64,000 nt of DNA from an uncultured Porphyromonadaceae bacterium. GTDB lineage: Bacteria > Bacteroidota > Bacteroidia > Bacteroidales > Muribaculaceae. The notes under the pieces were generated by a model that ran no database searches, was not told the DNA's origin, and saw only the letters and a program-made list of their open reading frames with translations. The position numbers and the translations under genes were made by a program. Positions within the stretch are counted from its first letter, which is position 1. Every line of letters starts with the position of its first letter. The stretch is from contig CAMNRO010000009.1 of assembly GCA_946553045.1 (NCBI GenBank), forward strand, positions 3,145 to 67,144, read 5' to 3'. Positions 39,637 through 48,479 of this stretch are shown here, piece after piece.

Positions 39637-41931
39637 ATGAAAAAAATATTCAATATAGCCGGTGTGGCAATGCTCTGTATGTCGGTGGCGATGACTACGT
39701 TCACCTCCTGCGACGACAACGATGACTTCAACACCAACCAGTATATCGGAGGCGTCAATCTCAACTCCTTCGGCCCCAGCCCCGTTGCCCGCGGCGGCGA
39801 GCTCCGCTTCCTCGGCAGCGGCATGGACCAGATTGTAAAAATATCTATCCCGGGATGCGACGATATCACCGACATCGAGCGCGTCAGCAGCGAGGAAATC
39901 CGCGTCAAAGTGCCTCAGACAGCCGAACCCGGCTACCTCACCCTGCACTATGCCGGTGGCTCAATCGAGACCAAGACCATGCTCACCTACTCCGAGCCTA
40001 TCAGCATCGACGAAATCTCGCCCCTCACCGTGAAGCCCGGCAACGAGCTCACCATCTCCGGCGAATACCTCAACCTCATCAAGGAGGTATGCTTCTCCTT
40101 CACGACCGACAGCGTCAACGTCTATGCAGAGGCCTTCACCGCCCACGACCGCAAGACCATCTCGCTCATCGTGCCCGCCGAAGCCATCAGCGGCACTATC
40201 ACGCTCTCCGACGCAAAGGAAATGCCCAACACCATCGAATCTGAAGTCGAAATCGAGGTAATCGTGCCCTCCGTGGAGGCTCCCCTCGACCTCACCAATG
40301 CCAAGGGTGGCGACAAAGTCACCGTCAAGGGCAAAGACTTCGACCTCATCACATCGGTTGAAATGCCCGACGGCACGACAGTCGAATACACCGCCGAAGA
40401 AGGCGAGGAAGAAGCCATCTCCTTCGTTCTCCCCGACAACACCACCGACGGCGCCATCGTGGTCTGCACGGCCTCGGGTGTCAAAGTGGTAGTGGCCAAC
40501 ATCGGCATGGTGGTGCCCACCGAAATCACCGTCGTGCCGGCCGATGGAATCCTTCCCGGCCAGGAAGTGACCATAAACGGTCTCAACATGGACCAGGTAG
40601 TCTCCATCACCCTTCCCCATGTAGACAGCGCCGTTGAGCCTACAGAAGTAAGCGCCACCGCAGTCAAGTTCAGCTTCCCGGCCGAAGCATGGAGCGGCGA
40701 AGGCGCCCTCAACCTCAAGAGCGGCAAGAGCGTGCCCGTAAGCTTCGCCACAGCCATGCCCGAAGTCACCGGATTCGAACCCGCTCCCGTATCGGCCGGC
40801 GCCGATGTCACTCTCCGCGGCCGCAACCTCGACCTCGTGACAAAGATTGAATTCGCCGGTCTCGAACCTGTCGAAATAAGCAACGCCACAGCCGACGCCA
40901 TCACCGTAACCGTTCCCGCAACCGCCGCCACCGGCGCCCTCACCCTCCACAAAGCCAACGGCGAAACCGCCACTACCCCCGAACTCGAGGTAAACGCTCC
41001 CGAGTGCGCATATGTGGTATCGGTAGACACCGAAGAGCCCGAAGCCGGCAAAATAATGGCATTTACACTTGCCAATGGCGACAAGCTCACATCGGTCGAA
41101 GTTAACGGCGCTTCCGTACAATACATCTTCAATGCCGACAAGCTCTATGTGAACCTCCCCGCAAGCTGCGGCAAAGGCACTGTAGTGCGCCTCGTGTCGT
41201 CTAACGGCGAAATCAGCTACACCTACGACGTCATTCCCGCAACCCATGTGGCAAGCGTAATCTACGAAGGCATGTTCTCGCTCGGCAACTGGAATGCCGG
41301 CGGTCTCCGACTCTACAAGGAGTCGTTCGAAGGCGTTCCCGCCGGTGCCAAGCTCGTATTCTACATTTCGGCTACCGCCGACGCCCAGATTCAGCTCAAC
41401 GACGCCAACTGGGGTCAGTTCGCTATGATCGACATTCCCGCAGGCGCCACCACCGTCGAATACGAACTCACAGCCGACAACCTCAGCCAGATTCTCGGCA
41501 CCGACGACGGCTGGAGCACTACCGCAATCGTCATAAACGGCCACACCGCAGTGATAAATAAGATTGGCCTCGAATACGAACGCAGCACAGAAACCGTTAT
41601 ATGGGAAGGTGCATGGACCTGCGCCGGCTGGAACGGCAACCAGGACCTCGCCTGGGGCGGCTACGACTGGAGCACGGTCAAGCCCGGCACCGTCCTCCGC
41701 GTATATATGACCCCGACCGTAGCCGACCCGGCCTCCGACTGGTGGGTGATATCGCTCCGCAGCGGCACATCGTGGTCTAACCTCGCCGCTCCGATACCCG
41801 ACCAGTACGGTCAGCCCGGCAGCGTCCTCGAAGTGACCCTCGAAGCAAGCACCATCGACGAGCTTGTTCGCGAAAACGGACTCATCATCACCGGCGACGG
41901 TTTCATTATGAACAAAATAACCCTCGAATAA
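39637..41931 (+). CDS. Large surface lipoprotein with multiple IPT/TIG repeats and C-terminal carbohydrate-binding-like domains
   Basis: Lipobox TFTSC. There are at least 5 repeats of the type P..(V/A)KPG.E(L/V)TI.G..L..(V/I)..(V/I). 764 aa. Confidence 0.7.
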   Translation: MKKIFNIAGVAMLCMSVAMTTFTSCDDNDDFNTNQYIGGVNLNSFGPSPVARGGELRFLGSGMDQIVKISIPGCDDITDIERVSSEEIRVKVPQTAEPGYLTLHYAGGSIETKTMLTYSEPISIDEISPLTVKPGNELTISGEYLNLIKEVCFSFTTDSVNVYAEAFTAHDRKTISLIVPAEAISGTITLSDAKEMPNTIESEVEIEVIVPSVEAPLDLTNAKGGDKVTVKGKDFDLITSVEMPDGTTVEYTAEEGEEEAISFVLPDNTTDGAIVVCTASGVKVVVANIGMVVPTEITVVPADGILPGQEVTINGLNMDQVVSITLPHVDSAVEPTEVSATAVKFSFPAEAWSGEGALNLKSGKSVPVSFATAMPEVTGFEPAPVSAGADVTLRGRNLDLVTKIEFAGLEPVEISNATADAITVTVPATAATGALTLHKANGETATTPELEVNAPECAYVVSVDTEEPEAGKIMAFTLANGDKLTSVEVNGASVQYIFNADKLYVNLPASCGKGTVVRLVSSNGEISYTYDVIPATHVASVIYEGMFSLGNWNAGGLRLYKESFEGVPAGAKLVFYISATADAQIQLNDANWGQFAMIDIPAGATTVEYELTADNLSQILGTDDGWSTTAIVINGHTAVINKIGLEYERSTETVIWEGAWTCAGWNGNQDLAWGGYDWSTVKPGTVLRVYMTPTVADPASDWWVISLRSGTSWSNLAAPIPDQYGQPGSVLEVTLEASTIDELVRENGLIITGDGFIMNKITLE

Positions 41932-41938
41932 GCATATC

Positions 41939-43399
41939 ATGAAATTCAAAACCAACATAATCACCGGTGTCGCCCTCTCGGGTGTGCTCGCCCTCGGCAT
42001 GTCGCTCGTTTCATGCGACAACGACCACAAGCCCGACTGGAACGAAACCGCACCTTTCGACATCAGTTTTGTGGCAGCCTCCGTTGCCGAAGGCGACGAA
42101 ATCGAAGTAGGAACAAAGACTGTCGAACTCTCCTACTCCGCCCCCATCGCCATCAGCCAGACCGCCGAGATAACTCTCAACAACGGCAAACTGACCGGCT
42201 CAGTCTCGGCCGAAGACCCCACAGTGCTCGTGCTCGATCTGCCCGCACTCGAAGGTTCTACCGAATATACCCTCAACGTGCCCGAGCGCGCCGTAGCCGG
42301 CATCGGCTCCAAGACTTTCGCGCCCGCCCTCGCTATTCACTTTAGAACAGCAGGCAAGGTACTCCCCGTCACCGACATCGAGCCTCTGGTCAACCCCTCG
42401 GCCACCCAGACAGCCAGAAACGTGCACGAATTCCTCATCGAGAACCACGGCAAGAAGATTATCTCCGGCGCCATGGCAAACGTGAACAACAACAACGATT
42501 TCGCCGGCTGGATCAAGGACAAGACAGGCAAAGACGTGGCCTTCACATGCTACGACTTCATACACCTCCCCGAGTCGGGCCAGAACTGGATTGACTACAC
42601 CGACATCACTCCCGCCACCCAGCAGTGGAACGCCAACGGCCTCGTGGGCTACATGTGGCACTGGCGCGTTCCCACCGACGAGCAGGCTTACAACGACAAG
42701 GACTACAACCGCTACGACAGCTCAATCAAGCCCGCAAACGGCGGCAGCGGCACAAACTTCAACATCGAGAACGCACTTCAGGAAGGCACTTGGGAAAACA
42801 AGGTCATCATCGAAGACCTCGACAAGGCCGCTGCAATCCTCAAGCAGCTTCAGGACGCAGGCATACCCGTAATCTGGCGTCCTCTCCACGAAGCCGCCGG
42901 CAGCTACAAATACGACGGCGCATGGTTCTGGTGGGGCGCCAAGGGTGGCGAAGCCACCAAAAACCTATGGAAGCTCATGTACGACCGCCTTGTGAACCAC
43001 CACGGCCTCAACAACCTCATCTGGGTATGGACCGCGCAGTGCGAGGAAGGCTACTACGACCGCATGGCCGCTGACTATCCCGGCAACGAATTTGTCGACG
43101 TAATCGGTGTCGATATCTACGCCGACAACGACGGCTCCCAGATTGCAGCCTACAACGCTCTCAAGGAAGTATGCAACGGCAAGAAACTCATCGTCCTCGG
43201 TGAGACCGGCCTCGTGCAGAATCCCGAGAAGTGCATTGCCGACGGTGCCTACTGGTCATGGTTCAACCTCTGGTACACCTACGACATACACAAGACAGGC
43301 GACGACACCGACGGCTTCGGCAACACCGCAGCCTCGCTCCGAGCAGTCATGGAGAGTCCGCTGGTAATCACACGCGACCAGATGCCCTCTCTCAAATAG
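41939..43399 (+). CDS. Glycoside hydrolase family 26 beta-mannanase with N-terminal Ig-like domain, lipoprotein
   Basis: Lipobox SLVSC. GH26 motifs MWHWRVP, WRPLHEAAG...WFWWG, LIWVWT and VLGETG. Confidence 0.85.
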   Translation: MKFKTNIITGVALSGVLALGMSLVSCDNDHKPDWNETAPFDISFVAASVAEGDEIEVGTKTVELSYSAPIAISQTAEITLNNGKLTGSVSAEDPTVLVLDLPALEGSTEYTLNVPERAVAGIGSKTFAPALAIHFRTAGKVLPVTDIEPLVNPSATQTARNVHEFLIENHGKKIISGAMANVNNNNDFAGWIKDKTGKDVAFTCYDFIHLPESGQNWIDYTDITPATQQWNANGLVGYMWHWRVPTDEQAYNDKDYNRYDSSIKPANGGSGTNFNIENALQEGTWENKVIIEDLDKAAAILKQLQDAGIPVIWRPLHEAAGSYKYDGAWFWWGAKGGEATKNLWKLMYDRLVNHHGLNNLIWVWTAQCEEGYYDRMAADYPGNEFVDVIGVDIYADNDGSQIAAYNALKEVCNGKKLIVLGETGLVQNPEKCIADGAYWSWFNLWYTYDIHKTGDDTDGFGNTAASLRAVMESPLVITRDQMPSLK

Positions 43400-43442
43400 G
43401 TTAAGCCCCCTCTCTAACCCCTAACCACTCAGCACTAACCTA

Positions 43443-44531
43443 ATGAACAGAATCGCAATAGGTTTATTAGCAGCTTCAGCCGTTTTTGCTGCCTGCAGGC
43501 AGCAAAAACCGGCCGGAGATGAGCCTCAGACCCCGACGCCCGCACAAGAATTGAGAGAGCGCCTCGCAGCAGGCTCGGCCGACGGCAAAATCCTCTTCGG
43601 ACACCACGACGACCCTGTCTACGGACACGACTGGAAGTTCGACCAGAGCCGCTCCGACGTCAAAGCCGTTGCAGGCAGGTACCCCGCCATGATGAGCTGG
43701 GATCTGGGCCGTATCGAGCTGGGCGACTCGCTCAACATCGACGGCGTGCCCTTCGACCGTATCCGCAGCGAGGTGCGCGCCCAGAATGCCCGCGGTGGCA
43801 TCAACACCTTCAGCTGGCATCTGTGGAATCCCGTCAACGGCGGCGACAGCTGGCAGGTGACCGACTCCACAATCGTTGCCAAAATGGCCAACGATTCTAC
43901 CTGCAACAAGCTCTACCGCGCCCAGGTGCGCGCCGTAGCCGACTTCCTCGGTTCACTTACCGATGAAAACGGCAATCGTATAGGCGTCATCTTCCGACCC
44001 TGGCACGAAAACAGCGGCGGCTGGTTCTTCTGGGGAGCGCCTCTCTGCTCGGCCGAAGACTACCATAAACTGTGGACCGACATGCGCGAGGAAATGGACG
44101 CAGCAGGCATCGACAATGTGCTCTACGCATACTCGCCTGACCGCACCGAGACCTTCGAAGGCTACATGTCGCGCTACCCCGGCGATGAACTCGTCGATAT
44201 CCTCGGAATGGACATATACCACTTCGGTGGCGAAGCCGGCACCGACGAATACCGCAACGCCGTCACCTCGGGGCTCGGTATTGTCAGAAAAGCGGCCGCC
44301 GAACACGGCAAAATAGCCGCTTTCACCGAAACAGGCATGGAAAGCATTCCTATGGCCGGATGGTGGACCGATGTCCTCCTGCCCCTGCTGAAAGAGAATC
44401 CGGTGAGCTACGTCGTTGTATGGCGAAACGCCCACGACCGGCCCGAACATTTCTACGCCCCCTATCCCGGCCAGATTTCCGAAGAATCTTTCAAAACTTT
44501 TGCATCCGACTCAACAATAATCCTCATATGA
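43443..44531 (+). CDS. Glycoside hydrolase family 26 beta-mannanase
   Basis: Motifs FGHHDDPVYG, FSWHLWNP, FRPWHENSGGWFWWG and AFTETGME. Confidence 0.9.
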   Translation: MNRIAIGLLAASAVFAACRQQKPAGDEPQTPTPAQELRERLAAGSADGKILFGHHDDPVYGHDWKFDQSRSDVKAVAGRYPAMMSWDLGRIELGDSLNIDGVPFDRIRSEVRAQNARGGINTFSWHLWNPVNGGDSWQVTDSTIVAKMANDSTCNKLYRAQVRAVADFLGSLTDENGNRIGVIFRPWHENSGGWFFWGAPLCSAEDYHKLWTDMREEMDAAGIDNVLYAYSPDRTETFEGYMSRYPGDELVDILGMDIYHFGGEAGTDEYRNAVTSGLGIVRKAAAEHGKIAAFTETGMESIPMAGWWTDVLLPLLKENPVSYVVVWRNAHDRPEHFYAPYPGQISEESFKTFASDSTIILI

Positions 44532-44617
44532 AAGTGAAAAGTGAAAGGTGAAGAGTGAAATCAACAGCATGATTATCAAAAACCATTTGCTTCACTTTTC
44601 ACCTTCCACCATTCACC
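44530..44617 (+). repeat. Imperfect hairpin built from GTGAAA(A/G) repeats
   Basis: The left arm gaaagtgaaaagtgaaaggtgaagagtgaaa (44530..44560) pairs with the right arm tttgcttcacttttcaccttccaccattcacc (44586..44617). It starts inside the GH26 stop codon. Confidence 0.6.
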
Positions 44618-44639
44618 AACTATTACCGCTTCACTAATA

Positions 44640-45827
44640 ATGAATATTTTCGAACATAGGAAAAAACTTGTCCTCGATCGCTACGAGGAACTTATCGCCC
44701 GTCCTAACGAGGCTATCGAAGGAAACGGCATCTACTGCCGCTACAAGAACCCCGTCATCACAGCCGAAATGGTTCCCCCGACCTGGAAGTACGACTTCAA
44801 TCCGGCTACCAATCCATTTTTCATGGAGCGCATAGGCGTGAATGCCACCCTCAACTCCGGCGCCATAAAGTGGAATGGCAAGTATCTCCTTATAGTACGC
44901 GTCGAAGGCAACGACCGCAAATCGTTCTTCGCCGTAGCAGAAAGCCCCAACGGCATAGACAACTTCCGCTTCTGGGAGCGCCCCGTGACCATGCCCGACA
45001 CCGACAATATCGGCACCAATGTCTACGACATGCGACTCACCGCCCACGAAGACGGCTATATCTACGGACTCTTCTGCGTTGAGCGCCACGATGATTCCCA
45101 GCCCGGCGACCTCTCGGCCGCGACAGCCGCCTGCGGTATCGCCCGCACCAAAGACCTCGTGAACTGGGAGCGCCTCCCCGACCTCAAGTGCGCCAGCCAG
45201 CAGCGCAACGTCGTGCTCCACCCCGAGTTCGTTGACGGCAAATATGCCCTCTACACCCGTCCGCAGGATTCGTTTATCGACACCGGCAGCGGCGGCGGCA
45301 TTGGCTGGACCCTCATCGACGACATCACAAAAGCTGAAATCACACGTCCCGAGCACATCATCGACGAACGCATTTACCACACCATCAAGGAAGTGAAGAA
45401 CGGCGAAGGCCCGCACCCCATCAAGACCACCAAAGGCTGGCTCCATCTGGCCCACGGCGTGCGCAACTGCGCCTCCGGCCTCCGCTACGTGCTCTACATG
45501 TATATGACAGCCCTCGACGAACCCTGGCGCAAGATTGCCTCGCCTGGAGGATACTTCATGGCTCCCGTCGGCGAAGAATACACCGGCGACGTGATGAACG
45601 TGCTCTTCACCAACGGCTGGATTGCCGACGAAGACGGCCGCGTATTCATATATTACGCCTCGTCCGACACCCGCATGCATGTAGCCACATCGACCGTAGA
45701 CCGCCTCGTGGACTACTGCCTCAACACGCCCGCCGACGGCCTCACTACCGCCGAATCTGTCAGAACCATCAACCGTCTCATAGATTCGAACCTCGAAATC
45801 CTCAATCCGGCAGCCAAAGCCGAATAA
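44640..45827 (+). CDS. GH130 4-O-beta-D-mannosyl-D-glucose phosphorylase-like
   Basis: N-terminus [19 protein letters not shown]...[10 protein letters not shown] plus [20 protein letters not shown]. Gene order is GH26-GH130-symporter-epimerase. Confidence 0.9.
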   Translation: MNIFEHRKKLVLDRYEELIARPNEAIEGNGIYCRYKNPVITAEMVPPTWKYDFNPATNPFFMERIGVNATLNSGAIKWNGKYLLIVRVEGNDRKSFFAVAESPNGIDNFRFWERPVTMPDTDNIGTNVYDMRLTAHEDGYIYGLFCVERHDDSQPGDLSAATAACGIARTKDLVNWERLPDLKCASQQRNVVLHPEFVDGKYALYTRPQDSFIDTGSGGGIGWTLIDDITKAEITRPEHIIDERIYHTIKEVKNGEGPHPIKTTKGWLHLAHGVRNCASGLRYVLYMYMTALDEPWRKIASPGGYFMAPVGEEYTGDVMNVLFTNGWIADEDGRVFIYYASSDTRMHVATSTVDRLVDYCLNTPADGLTTAESVRTINRLIDSNLEILNPAAKAE

Positions 45828-45843
45828 ACAAGCGCGCGATACC

Positions 45844-47283
45844 ATGACGAACTTAAAGGAAAAAATCGGTTACGGCTTCGGCGACATGTCGTCGTCGATG
45901 TTCTGGAAGGTCTTCAGCTACTATCTGCCTTTCTTCTACTCGAATATATTCGGCCTCTCGCTCGTCGACGCAGCCCTTCTTGTGCTCGTCACACGAATCT
46001 GGGATGCCATATCCGACCCCATGATGGGCATCGTAGCCGACCGCACCCGAACCCGCTGGGGCAAATACCGTCCGTATCTGCTCTGGATTGCGGCACCATT
46101 CTCCATATGCGGCATTCTGCTCTTCACCACTCCCGACTTCTCTTATGCCGGCAAGCTGATATGGGCCTATGTCACATATATAATGATGATGACTGTCTAC
46201 ACAGGCATTAACGTGCCATACGGCGCCATGCTCGGTGTCATTTCCGACAATCCGAAGGAAAAGACCGTGTTCTCGTCGTTCCGCATGTTCTTTGCCTATG
46301 GAGGCTCTTTCATCGCCCTCTTTTCATGGGAGCCCCTGTGCCGCTTCTTCCAGAACTCAATGGGCGCGTCGCCTGCCACAAGCTGGCAGTTCGCCATGTG
46401 CGTCATTGCCGCCGCCTGCCTCGTGCTTTTCCTTTGCTGCTTCGCCATGACCCGCGAAACCGTCCGCACGATACCCACCGGCTCGGTCGGCAGCGACTTC
46501 AGATCGCTGCTGTCCAACCGGCCCTGGTGGCTGCTTATCGGCGCGGCTATTTGCTTCAACCTCTTCAACACCGTCCGCGGTGCCACCGTGGCATATTTCT
46601 TCGCCGACGTCATCGGCTCCGACGCCTATCTGCCTTTCGGCACCTTCGGAAACATTCTCTTCTATTCGGGCCTTTTCCTCGGCATTGGCGAAATTGCCAA
46701 TATGGCCGGCGTCGCCCTCGCGGTGCCTGTTTCGGGCCGTCTGGGCAAAAAGCATACCTTCATAGCCGTAAACCTCGCTCTCGTTGTGCTCAGCACGGCA
46801 TTCTTCCTACTGCCCGTCAGCCCCGCCGGCTACTGGCTCATGCTCCTCTTCCAGGTGCTCATATCGGTGCTCACCGGCATTATGTCGCCCCTGGTATGGT
46901 CTATGTATGCCGACGTAAGCGACTATGCCGAGCTTAAATTCAACTCGGCCTCTACCGGCCTCATATTCTCGTCGTCGTCCATGGCGCAGAAATTCGGAGG
47001 CGCACTCGGCGGTGCCGCCGTGCTATGGCTGCTCAACGGCTGCGGCTACGACGAAGCCGCGACCGGAATCGGCCAGCCGGCATCGGCCATCAGCTGTCTG
47101 TGGTATCTCATGACAGTCATTCCTGCGGCCGTAGCAGCGGCAGCGGCTGTGATAGCATGGTTCTATCCACTTTCGACAGAAGCTGTAAACGAGATTGTCG
47201 CCAATCTCAAAGCACGCCGCAGGAGTTTCAACCAATCCAATCCGAAAGAAGACGAAGCAACTGATTTCGCCAACGTAATATGA
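45844..47283 (+). CDS. Glycoside-pentoside-hexuronide (GPH) family sugar:cation symporter
   Basis: Motifs GYGFGDMSSSMFW and DAISDPMMG, with a 12-TM pattern. Confidence 0.85.
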   Translation: MTNLKEKIGYGFGDMSSSMFWKVFSYYLPFFYSNIFGLSLVDAALLVLVTRIWDAISDPMMGIVADRTRTRWGKYRPYLLWIAAPFSICGILLFTTPDFSYAGKLIWAYVTYIMMMTVYTGINVPYGAMLGVISDNPKEKTVFSSFRMFFAYGGSFIALFSWEPLCRFFQNSMGASPATSWQFAMCVIAAACLVLFLCCFAMTRETVRTIPTGSVGSDFRSLLSNRPWWLLIGAAICFNLFNTVRGATVAYFFADVIGSDAYLPFGTFGNILFYSGLFLGIGEIANMAGVALAVPVSGRLGKKHTFIAVNLALVVLSTAFFLLPVSPAGYWLMLLFQVLISVLTGIMSPLVWSMYADVSDYAELKFNSASTGLIFSSSSMAQKFGGALGGAAVLWLLNGCGYDEAATGIGQPASAISCLWYLMTVIPAAVAAAAAVIAWFYPLSTEAVNEIVANLKARRRSFNQSNPKEDEATDFANVI

Positions 47284-48467
47284 CAAAAGAACAACTCTGT
47301 GCGGAGGTCATCGAGAATCTCCGCACAAATATTCTACCCTACTGGGCCGACAGAATGATTGACCCCCGCGGCGGTTTCTACGGCCGACGCGACGGCAACG
47401 ACCGCCTGAACCCCGACGCCCCGAAAGGCGCTATCCTGAACGCCCGCATTCTATGGGCATTCTCGGCCGCTTACCGCGTGCTCGGCGACCCGGCCTATCT
47501 CGAAACCGCCACACGGGCCAAACGCGAAATCATAGACCGTTTCTACGACCGCAGCCATGGCGGCATATACTGGTCGCTGACGGCAGATGGCGAACCTCTC
47601 GACACAAAGAAGCAGTTCTACGCCATCGGATTCGCAATATACGGACTATCCGAATATGCCCGTGCAACAGGCGATGAAGAGGCCCTCGACTACGCCGTGC
47701 GCCTCTTCCACGACATAGAGAACCACAGCCGCGACCGCGCGAACGGAGGTTATTTCGAAGCTCAGACACGCGACTGGCAGCCGATTGCCGACATGCGCCT
47801 GAGCGAGAAAGACGCCAACGCCTCCAAGACCATGAACACCCACCTCCACATCATCGAGCCATATACAAATCTGCTCCGCGTATGGCCCGACCCGGAGTTG
47901 AAAGAGGCGACAAAAGAACTTCTCGGCATTTTTCTCGATAAAATCGCCGCTCCGCAGTGGCGCGGACACATGGGTCTGTTCTTCGACGACTCCTGGCACC
48001 GTTCCGACGGCATTATCTCATACGGCCACGACATCGAAGCCTCGTGGCTGCTTCTCGAAACAGCTCAGGTACTCGCCGACGAGGCCCTTCTCGCCCGCAC
48101 GCTCGACGCCACAAAACGCATTGCCGACGCCGCTCTGCACGGCCGTTGCACCGACGGCTCAATGGTCTACGAGCGCCATGCCGACGGCCGCTTCGACAAC
48201 GACAAGCACTGGTGGGTGCAGGCTGAGCAGATGGTAGGCCTTGTATGGCTCCACTGCTACCACGGCGACACGACTGCACTCGAAAAAGCCGCCCTGACGT
48301 GGCAATACATCTGCCGAAATCTCGTTGACAATGAAAACGGCGAATGGTACTGGAGCCGCGCCAACGGCCTCATAAACCGCACCGACGACAAAGGCGGATT
48401 CTGGAAATGCCCCTACCACAACACCCGAATGTGCCTCGAAGTCTTCGAACGCCTTAATGAAAAATAA
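47280..48467 (+). CDS. Cellobiose/mannobiose 2-epimerase (N-acylglucosamine 2-epimerase superfamily)
   Basis: AGE-fold (alpha/alpha)6 pattern, with NTHLHIIEPYTNL and WKCPYHN. ATGA overlap with the symporter gene, in the conserved mannan-operon position. Confidence 0.85.
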   Translation: MTKEQLCAEVIENLRTNILPYWADRMIDPRGGFYGRRDGNDRLNPDAPKGAILNARILWAFSAAYRVLGDPAYLETATRAKREIIDRFYDRSHGGIYWSLTADGEPLDTKKQFYAIGFAIYGLSEYARATGDEEALDYAVRLFHDIENHSRDRANGGYFEAQTRDWQPIADMRLSEKDANASKTMNTHLHIIEPYTNLLRVWPDPELKEATKELLGIFLDKIAAPQWRGHMGLFFDDSWHRSDGIISYGHDIEASWLLLETAQVLADEALLARTLDATKRIADAALHGRCTDGSMVYERHADGRFDNDKHWWVQAEQMVGLVWLHCYHGDTTALEKAALTWQYICRNLVDNENGEWYWSRANGLINRTDDKGGFWKCPYHNTRMCLEVFERLNEK

Positions 48468-48479
48468 TACATAGGACAC

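Noticed and set aside
39961-42063. A 700-aa ORF on the minus strand, opposite the IPT-repeat lipoprotein and GH26 genes.
   Set aside because: Its composition is a G/A/V/H/R-rich low-complexity 'shadow' typical of antisense frames in G+C-rich DNA. It has no recognisable motifs. The plus-strand frames carry a lipobox, IPT repeats and GH26 catalytic motifs.
44634-45845. A 403-aa minus-strand ORF opposite the GH130 gene.
   Set aside because: The plus frame matches mannosylglucose phosphorylase end to end, whereas the minus-frame product is low-complexity (G/V/A/H-rich).
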